64,000 nt of DNA, from contig CAZJNH010000005.1 of NCBI GenBank assembly GCA_964547425.1, positions 17,703-81,702 of the forward strand, read 5' to 3'. This DNA comes from an uncultured Candidatus Saccharibacteria bacterium (GTDB taxonomy: Bacteria > Patescibacteriota > Saccharimonadia > UBA4664 > CAZJNH01). Every line of letters begins with the position of its first letter. Position 1 is the stretch's first letter. Position numbers and translations under genes: made by a program. The notes under the pieces are model-generated. The model ran no database searches, was not told where the DNA came from, and saw nothing but the letters and a program-made list of their open reading frames with translations. Shown in pieces: positions 58,151-64,000 of the stretch.

Positions 58151-58270
58151 GTAACTAACTTGACAAATAAAAACGCTTATGCTACACCTTAAGTGACAGC
58201 ATCGCGCTGCCAGGTGGAAGTCCCAGGTCAATCAAGTTTGACTTGGGACGAACTGTAGGAGGAGGCGAAA

Positions 58271-58438
58271 ATGGTTTCGAAGGAATTCGAAAAGCTCTTC
58301 GCCAAAGCCCACCCCGAACTCCCCAATCTCGAACTCGCCCTTAAGGAGCACGAGCTGGAGCTGCAAGAGTTCAGGGAACGCCACGAGCGCCATCTCCGCA
58401 AGAAGCAAGAGGCGCCTCCGGCGAAGAAAGCTTCCTAG
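58271..58438 (+). CDS. Small charged coiled-coil protein (55 aa; MVSKEFEKLFAKAHPELPNLELALKEHELELQEFRERHERHLRKKQEAPPAKKAS)
   Basis: Strong AGGAGGAGG RBS 5 nt upstream of the ATG. A 12-bp hairpin (58219..58248) lies immediately upstream. A 10-bp-stem hairpin at 58459..58485 follows. It is below the ORF-track length cutoff. Confidence 0.4.
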   Translation: MVSKEFEKLFAKAHPELPNLELALKEHELELQEFRERHERHLRKKQEAPPAKKAS

Positions 58439-58491
58439 CAGTAACCCTTCCCCGTTTCGTGAGCCAGGTCTGCAGCCTGGCTCACAACCAT

Positions 58492-59226
58492 TTAGGCCGC
58501 TTGCTCGCCGTACTTTTGGCGAGCTTTTTCGACTAACTCCCACGCCGCGCTGGCGGTAGTTTTCAGTTCCCCGGAATTTGGGATACTCATCTCACGCATT
58601 TTGGCCAACAGCCTGCGGGCGTCCTCGAACGACAAAGTCTCGCCCATTTCCTGCCGCACCGCTTCGGTCACCTCATCGTGGGCTTTAACTCTAAGCAGAT
58701 CAATCTTGGCAACGTCAGCGCTTGTAATGTGCAGTTGGTTAGCTAAGTTTATCGCCGCCGTGCCCTTTTTAACGGTTCGTAAATACTCGTGCCATTTCTT
58801 GTTGGTGTCAGGGGAAAAGATCTGCTCCGGAAATTCGAATTGGCCATCAGCGTTTAACATTCCCATCTTGGCCAGTAGTATGTTTTCGGATTCAGAGCCA
58901 TCAATCGACTTCAGCATTTCTTGCATATTCTCCCGGTGCTGCTCCTCTAATTGAGCCTTCTCGTTTTCCGGAGATCTAAAAATCCCCAGCTCTTTTTCGA
59001 CATCTTCACGGGTATATTCACGCAGCTGCTTCATCTTTAACACCAAGTTTTTCTCCTCCGGTTTGCCCCGCGAAACCCTAATTTGGTCGAGCAGCTGCTC
59101 AGCTTCAGGATTAATCTGCATCACCGCGTCGACTTTCGCGTCAACGAGTTCGGCATTGAGATCGGTAACTAACTCTGGCCCGGATATAGCGTGAACAGCT
59201 TCCGGATTTGATCCACCCTCTTTCAT
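58492..59226 (-). CDS. Hypothetical protein (244 aa), helical/charged
   Basis: Long ORF upstream of groEL in the same orientation. Confidence 0.5.
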   Translation of the reverse strand: MKEGGSNPEAVHAISGPELVTDLNAELVDAKVDAVMQINPEAEQLLDQIRVSRGKPEEKNLVLKMKQLREYTREDVEKELGIFRSPENEKAQLEEQHRENMQEMLKSIDGSESENILLAKMGMLNADGQFEFPEQIFSPDTNKKWHEYLRTVKKGTAAINLANQLHITSADVAKIDLLRVKAHDEVTEAVRQEMGETLSFEDARRLLAKMREMSIPNSGELKTTASAAWELVEKARQKYGEQAA

Positions 59227-59271
59227 AAATTAAGCATAACAAAAAAGAGCCCCGCCGGCACAAGTGCCGGA

Positions 59272-59332
59272 AGTCCTAAGAACCAAACTCTAAGTCCTAA
59301 AGCGCTACTTAGAGTTTAGGGTTTAGAACTTG
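59272..59332. repeat. CTAAG-unit palindromic intergenic element (copy C)
   Basis: CCTAAGAACCAAACTCTAAGTCCTAAAGCG/CGCTACTTAGAGTTTAGGGTTTAGAACTTGG inverted repeat between groEL and the upstream gene. Confidence 0.55.
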
Positions 59333-59351
59333 GATCTTCCGCCGCAGGCGG

Positions 59352-61010
59352 CTAGTAGTCCATTCCGCCCATGCCACCGGGTGGCATTCCAGGCGTCGGT
59401 TTGTCTTCGGGAATGTCGACGATCAACCCGCCCATCGTCATCGCGGTCCCGGCAATAGAAACTGCATTCTGAATCGCTTCGCGAACAACCTTAGCCGGGT
59501 CAACTATCCCGCCGGATTTCATATCTACTATTTTGGCTGGTTCATTAACGTTAAAGCCTGAACCAGCTTTGGCCTCCTGGACCTTAGCCAATTTCTCCTC
59601 GGCATTGAGTCCGGCGTTGTTCATTAACTGCTTAAATGGCTCCAGCAGGGCGTTTTTGACGATTAACTTGCCGGCATCAGCGGAGCTTGAAACCTTAGAG
59701 GCGTCTGCGTTTAGCCCTGCCGACAGGTTCACCAGCGATACACCACCGCCAGGCACAATGCCTTCGGCCACGGCAGCCTTGGTCGCGTGAACGGCGTCAT
59801 CAACCCGGAATTTCTTTTCTTCAATCTCGGTTTCGGTAGCGCCGCCTACTTTTATAACCGCCACTTTGCCGGCCAACGCCGCCAGCCGCTCTTCCATCTT
59901 TTCCTGTTCGAACTCACTCGTAGCGTTGGCGATCTGCTTCTTGAGCATCGCGATCCGACCGCTGACCTCTTTGGCGTCGCCGCCGCCTTCGATGATGACC
60001 GTAGCGTCCTTGTCGGCAATAATCTTGCGGGCAGTTCCCAGCATGTTCAAATCAGCATCTTCAAATGTAATGCCCTTTTCTTCGGAAATAACGGTCGCGC
60101 CGGTCAAGATTCCAATGTCTTCCATAATCTCCTTGCGGCGGTCGCCGAAGCTCGGAGCCTTGATCGCCAGGGTATTAAATACACCTTTCAGCCGGTTCAA
60201 AATCAGTGTCGCCAGCGCCTCACCCTCAACATCCTCCGCGATGATCACCACTTCCTTTTTGCCAGCTTGGGCTAATTTCTCAAGTAGCGGCAGGATGTCT
60301 TGGATCGAGCTGATTTTCTTGTCGGTAATTAGGATCGCCGGCTTTTCGTAAACCGCTTCCATCCGCGCCGGGTCGGTCACCATGTAAGGGCTAACAAAAC
60401 CGCGGTCGACCTTAAAGCCTTCGACGATCTCCTTTTCCATTCCCAGAGTTTGCGACTGCTCAACGGTCACTGAGCCGTCGCCACCCACGGCGTCAATAAC
60501 ATCAGCGATCAGCGAACCAATCTCCTCGTCACCGGCCGAAACGGTCGCAACTTGGGCGATCTTCTGTTTGTTACCGGCAATCTTTTCAGTCATGCCACCG
60601 ATTTTTCCAACCACTTGTTCGGCCGCCTCATCCAGCCCTTTTTTGAGGTCCATCGGGTTGTGCCCGGCGGCGATTAGGCGGTGAGCCTCGTTCAGAATGT
60701 GATAGGTCAAAATGGTGGCGGTGGTCGTGCCGTCACCAACTGTGTCGTTTGTTTTCGAAGCCGCCTGCTTAATTAACTCGGCGCCCACGCCTTTGCCTAA
60801 ACTGTCTTTGTCCTTGGCATTAGCCTCAATTTCAACGCCCTTGGCCACCGTCACGCCGTCGTGGGTAACGGTCGGGGAGCCATAGCCTTTTTCAATTACA
60901 ACATTGCGGCCTTTTGGTCCCATCGTTACCTTAACGGCGTCGTATAACTCCTTGGCGCCAGCCAAAATCCGGGCTCGAGCATCATCTTCGTAAAAAACTT
61001 TCTTAGCCAT
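59352..61010 (-). CDS. groEL: Chaperonin GroEL
   Basis: 552 aa with canonical GroEL sequence and C-terminal GGM repeats. Confidence 0.95.
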   Translation of the reverse strand: MAKKVFYEDDARARILAGAKELYDAVKVTMGPKGRNVVIEKGYGSPTVTHDGVTVAKGVEIEANAKDKDSLGKGVGAELIKQAASKTNDTVGDGTTTATILTYHILNEAHRLIAAGHNPMDLKKGLDEAAEQVVGKIGGMTEKIAGNKQKIAQVATVSAGDEEIGSLIADVIDAVGGDGSVTVEQSQTLGMEKEIVEGFKVDRGFVSPYMVTDPARMEAVYEKPAILITDKKISSIQDILPLLEKLAQAGKKEVVIIAEDVEGEALATLILNRLKGVFNTLAIKAPSFGDRRKEIMEDIGILTGATVISEEKGITFEDADLNMLGTARKIIADKDATVIIEGGGDAKEVSGRIAMLKKQIANATSEFEQEKMEERLAALAGKVAVIKVGGATETEIEEKKFRVDDAVHATKAAVAEGIVPGGGVSLVNLSAGLNADASKVSSSADAGKLIVKNALLEPFKQLMNNAGLNAEEKLAKVQEAKAGSGFNVNEPAKIVDMKSGGIVDPAKVVREAIQNAVSIAGTAMTMGGLIVDIPEDKPTPGMPPGGMGGMDY

Positions 61011-61300
61011 TACTTCTCCACCACGGCCAATACGTCTTTGGCCTCAAGGATAATAAATTCCTCGCCTTCAACCTTAACTTTGTCGGGTCCGTACTGGGAG
61101 TGCATAATCTTGTCGCCAACTTTAACGTCGACGGGAATCCGGTTGCCGTTGTCGTCAACCTTGCCGGGACCAACCGCGATTACCTCCGCGATCTGGGGCT
61201 TTTCTTTGGCGGTGTCGGGAATAAAAATACCACTTTTGGTTTTGGCCTCGGCCTCGAGGGACTTAGCCACAATCCGATCCGCTAAGGGTTTTAACTTCAT
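61010..61300 (-). CDS. groES: Co-chaperonin GroES
   Basis: About 96 aa with canonical GroES motifs (mobile loop, roof hairpin). Confidence 0.9.
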   Translation of the reverse strand: MKLKPLADRIVAKSLEAEAKTKSGIFIPDTAKEKPQIAEVIAVGPGKVDDNGNRIPVDVKVGDKIMHSQYGPDKVKVEGEEFIILEAKDVLAVVEK

Positions 61301-61318
61301 CATCTCTCCTTCAGTAAA

Positions 61319-61338
61319 TTAGCACTCTACAGTGCTAA
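61319..61338. promoter_or_regulatory. CIRCE-like inverted repeat with short spacer (TTAGCACTC-TA-CAGTGCTAA) in groES 5' region
   Basis: The 9-nt arms match the CIRCE consensus TTAGCACTC/GAGTGCTAA in 8-9 of 9 positions, but the spacer is 2-4 nt instead of 9. It lies about 20 nt upstream of the groES start. Confidence 0.5.
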
Positions 61339-61364
61339 GTGCCAAAATATCTTAGCGAATCAGA

Positions 61365-62105
61365 TTACTTAGTGTCAAGCAAATGCTTAATGACCTGTTC
61401 GCAGTCTTTATCGTCTTTAACGGCGATCGATTCATATCCGGCAGCTTTAACCGGATAATCGTTGCCGCCCGATTCCATTGAGTCTCCGACAAATAAAATG
61501 TCTTCCTTTCTCAAATCGAGCAGCTCAAGGAGCTTGTTTACTCCATGAGCTTTACCCTCGCGAGTCACATCAACCGAGGTGGTACCGGCTACCGTGGCCT
61601 CAAACCCAGGCAGCCTTTCACTGGCATAGAGGCGCAGTCTCTCCCGCTTCTCGTGGTTTGGATCCCATTTCAATTTCTCCTCCAACGGCGCGTCCTGCCC
61701 CAGACCGGAGTAAGTGACTTGCGATCCTCTGTCTTCGACTAGCTGACCCCAGGATTTTTCTGGTGTCAGGTCCAGTTCATGAACGCCTTCCGTCAGAACT
61801 TCTTCGATGCGCTTGCGATCCTCAGCCGGCAACTCCTCTTTGTAGACCAATTGCCAGGCGCCATGCTCGAACCGGTAAAAGCTCGTACCGTTGGTGGGCA
61901 TCAAAAAAATGTTCGGATAGTTAGTCGCCTCGACTCGAAATCGGTCCAAGAATTGCTCCTGGAAACGGCGAAACGACGCGCCGGAGATCACGCAAACCTG
62001 GTGCTTTTCGAGTAGCTGACTCACTAGATCCGCCATCTCTCGCGTCATCGGCAACTTGCTCGGCGCCAGCGTTCCATCGAGGTCGAACACGATCATTTTT
62101 GGCAT
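61365..62105 (-). CDS. HAD-superfamily hydrolase (Cof/IIB-like)
   Basis: MIVFDLDGTL motif I and a C-terminal GDSMESGGNDY-like motif IV. Confidence 0.7.
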   Translation of the reverse strand: MPKMIVFDLDGTLAPSKLPMTREMADLVSQLLEKHQVCVISGASFRRFQEQFLDRFRVEATNYPNIFLMPTNGTSFYRFEHGAWQLVYKEELPAEDRKRIEEVLTEGVHELDLTPEKSWGQLVEDRGSQVTYSGLGQDAPLEEKLKWDPNHEKRERLRLYASERLPGFEATVAGTTSVDVTREGKAHGVNKLLELLDLRKEDILFVGDSMESGGNDYPVKAAGYESIAVKDDKDCEQVIKHLLDTK

Positions 62106-62126
62106 GGCTCTAGTATACTGTCGGGG

Positions 62127-62921
62127 ATGACAAAACGTGTCTTAATGTGCGCCCCCACGTACTTCGGGATCGAATACTCGATCAATCCCTGGATGGATGA
62201 GAGTAATCAGGTTAACCGGGAAAAAGCGCAACAGCAGTGGGACAAGCTGGTCAAGATCTATAAGCAGCTCGGTTTTAAAGTTGAGTTGGTTGATCCAGTC
62301 GAGCACTTGCCAGATATGGTTTTCACCGCCAACGGCGGGTTGGTGATCGGTGGGAAGGTTATGCTGGCACGCTTTAAATACCCGGAACGGCAAGGGGAGA
62401 GCGTGCACTTTAAGCGCTGGTTCAACCACCATGGTTTCCAGCGGATCTATGTTCCCCGTCACGACTTCGAGGGCGAAGGCGATTGTTTGTACAGCGGTGA
62501 GACGGTGTTTGCCGGCTCCGGCTTCCGCACCAGCGTCTATGCCCACCCCGAGGTAGAGAAGGTTTTCGGCAAAAAAGTGGTTCGGCTAAAGCTGGTTGAT
62601 TCCCGGTTCTACCACCTCGATACTTGCTTCGCGCCGCTGGATGATAAGACGATCATGTTCTACCCCGGCGCGTTCGACAAAGCCAGCCAAGAACTCATCA
62701 AAGAGAACTGTGAAACCTTCATCGAGGCCGACGAGGAATCAGCAGAAGCCTTCGGCCTCAACGCCGTCTCCAACGGCAAGCAAGTCGTCCTCGGAGCTGG
62801 CGCCAAGGGTTTAATCAAAACTCTCGAGAAAAAAGGCTTCGAACCAATCCCCGTCGACTTAAGTGAATTCAAAAAGTCCGGTGGCGGCGCCAAATGCCTT
62901 ACTCTAGAATTAAGAAGTTAG
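62127..62921 (+). CDS. Amidinotransferase-superfamily hydrolase (DDAH/arginine-deiminase-like) with C-terminal catalytic Cys
   Basis: 264 aa with conserved His/Asp positions and ...GGGAKCLTLEL near the C-terminus. Confidence 0.65.
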   Translation: MTKRVLMCAPTYFGIEYSINPWMDESNQVNREKAQQQWDKLVKIYKQLGFKVELVDPVEHLPDMVFTANGGLVIGGKVMLARFKYPERQGESVHFKRWFNHHGFQRIYVPRHDFEGEGDCLYSGETVFAGSGFRTSVYAHPEVEKVFGKKVVRLKLVDSRFYHLDTCFAPLDDKTIMFYPGAFDKASQELIKENCETFIEADEESAEAFGLNAVSNGKQVVLGAGAKGLIKTLEKKGFEPIPVDLSEFKKSGGGAKCLTLELRS

Positions 62922-62936
62922 AATTAGGAATCAAGG

Positions 62937-63470
62937 ATGTCAGAATTTAGCGGCGAAAGTCCGTCACCCGAAGAACAACAAAACCCCGAGCAAGCGGAGG
63001 CAACTCGTATCGGCGAGCTTGCCTTTCGGGAAATGGCCAACATTATTCTGGCTCATCCAGACACTCAAGAAATAACGGAGCCTCAGCACCCTTTAATAGA
63101 TAATCGGGTACCAGATGCTCCAGAGTTAATAGATGGTCCAACTGAGGTTAAGGTCAAGCGTCTAGAGCTAAGTGACATTGCAGGAAATGCAAAAGTTGTG
63201 CTGACGCTACGCGGGGAGCAAGAGCGAAGGGGAGGCATAAACTTTGTTCGTCCCGAATATAATCGCCAAGTAACCTACACGTGGACGACAAAGAGAAACC
63301 CTTATAACAATGTACCCCGCGGAGATATGTATAAAGTGATTGGTCAGTTGGACCCGCCGAACGAACCGCCACTAACCCGGCCCCTCGAGGTTGATAAAGA
63401 CCAGCGCGAAGATTTATTAGCAGACATTGTCTCAATCTCGGCCGAACTCAAACGCAGGGGCGAGATTTAG
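62937..63470 (+). CDS. Acidic protein of unknown function, RGEI-terminating paralog family member C
   Basis: 177 aa with SPEEQQNPEQAEA..., HPDTQE and ...SISAELKRRGEI*. It shares motifs with members A and B. Confidence 0.6.
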   Translation: MSEFSGESPSPEEQQNPEQAEATRIGELAFREMANIILAHPDTQEITEPQHPLIDNRVPDAPELIDGPTEVKVKRLELSDIAGNAKVVLTLRGEQERRGGINFVRPEYNRQVTYTWTTKRNPYNNVPRGDMYKVIGQLDPPNEPPLTRPLEVDKDQREDLLADIVSISAELKRRGEI

Positions 63471-64000
63471 CGTTTTTTGAGGGCTCTCTTGGCCTCGGCG
63501 ATTTCGTCCCAGGGGCGTTTGCCGCTGGGTCCGAGGATAGACTTTTCGTGGCCTTTACCGAGGAGTAGAACCGTATCGCCTTTTTGGGCGTTCATAATCG
63601 CGGCCTCGATCGCTTCCCGGCGATCGTGAATCAGGTATAAATTAATATCGCGTTTCTTTCCCGCCAGCTCCGCTCCGACGGCGATCTCTTCCATAATCTG
63701 CTGGCCATCAATATCCCGATCGTCCTCCTCGGTGATGATAACGACGTCGGCCATTTTGCCGGCCACCTCGCCTTGCAATGGCCGCTTCGCCTCGTCGCGC
63801 CGGCCGGCGGAGCCAAACACTACGATCATCTGGCCGGTGGTTAGCGGCCGCATCTCTTTAAGGATCTTCTCAAAAGATTGCGGTGTGTGAGCGTAGTCAA
63901 CAATGACCGTGAAATCCTGGCCTTCATCAACGGTGTTCATCCGACCCTCCACCGATTCAACCGCCGCGATCCCCTTTTCGATCTGCTTTTCGGTCAAATC
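63467..64000 (-). CDS. Mur ligase family protein, C-terminal part (MurE-like; gene continues beyond right edge)
   Basis: Mur ligase C-terminal domain motifs (TVIVDYAHTPQSF, VVFGSAGRRD). The ORF reaches the window edge. Confidence 0.65.
   Translation of the reverse strand, partial: DLTEKQIEKGIAAVESVEGRMNTVDEGQDFTVIVDYAHTPQSFEKILKEMRPLTTGQMIVVFGSAGRRDEAKRPLQGEVAGKMADVVIITEEDDRDIDGQQIMEEIAVGAELAGKKRDINLYLIHDRREAIEAAIMNAQKGDTVLLLGKGHEKSILGPSGKRPWDEIAEAKRALKKR

Noticed and set aside
57886-58158. 90-aa plus-strand ORF inside the candidate ncRNA region
   Set aside because: No RBS and an implausible composition (Ser/Leu/Arg-rich). It ends inside the terminator hairpin. It is more likely non-coding.

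Overview
This 64-kb window comes from a compact, gene-dense bacterial chromosome with roughly 53-55% GC. About 80% of genes are on the minus strand, and many adjacent genes overlap by 4 nt (ATGA/GTGA), suggesting translational coupling. Gene content is mostly housekeeping: pilN/pilM, tlyA, efp, rpsF-ssb-rpsR, recA-recX, ftsK, RNase J, UDG, pnp-rpsO, truB, a DHH (NrnA-like) phosphoesterase, rpsT, holA, mutM, polA, gmk, rpoD, dnaG, groESL, MacB-like ABC transporter, one tRNA-Ser(GGA). The taxon cannot be named from sequence alone. A WhiB-like gene, type IV pilus pilMN, a RodZ-like gene and Lys/Ala-rich tails on S6/S20/sigma-70 point to a reduced Gram-positive-like lineage (Actinobacteria-related or Saccharibacteria/CPR-like); this is speculative. 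Interspersed among the conserved genes are several compact unexplained loci. (1) A tightly overlapping operon of six tiny ORFs, including a Cys-cluster zinc-ribbon protein, lies between a DMT transporter and rnj. (2) A ~1.4-kb island replaces the usual truB-(ribF)-rpsO spacing and carries a duplicated 28-bp promoter-like motif driving small ORFs of unknown function. (3) Three paralogous acidic proteins begin PEE..PEQAEKD and end ...RGEI. (4) A single gene is inserted after polA, flanked by a 30-bp direct duplication of polA's last codons. (5) Two tandem membrane-anchored DNRLRE-FN3-HExxH putative metallopeptidases sit behind a triple-palindrome operator. (6) A ~750-bp ORF-free, hairpin-rich region has outward-facing intrinsic terminators on both strands (candidate ncRNA). 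(7) Several genome-specific intergenic repeat families appear: a 63-nt hairpin element, CTAAG-unit palindromes, and a repeated terminator. No CRISPR array, integrase or transposase was found.
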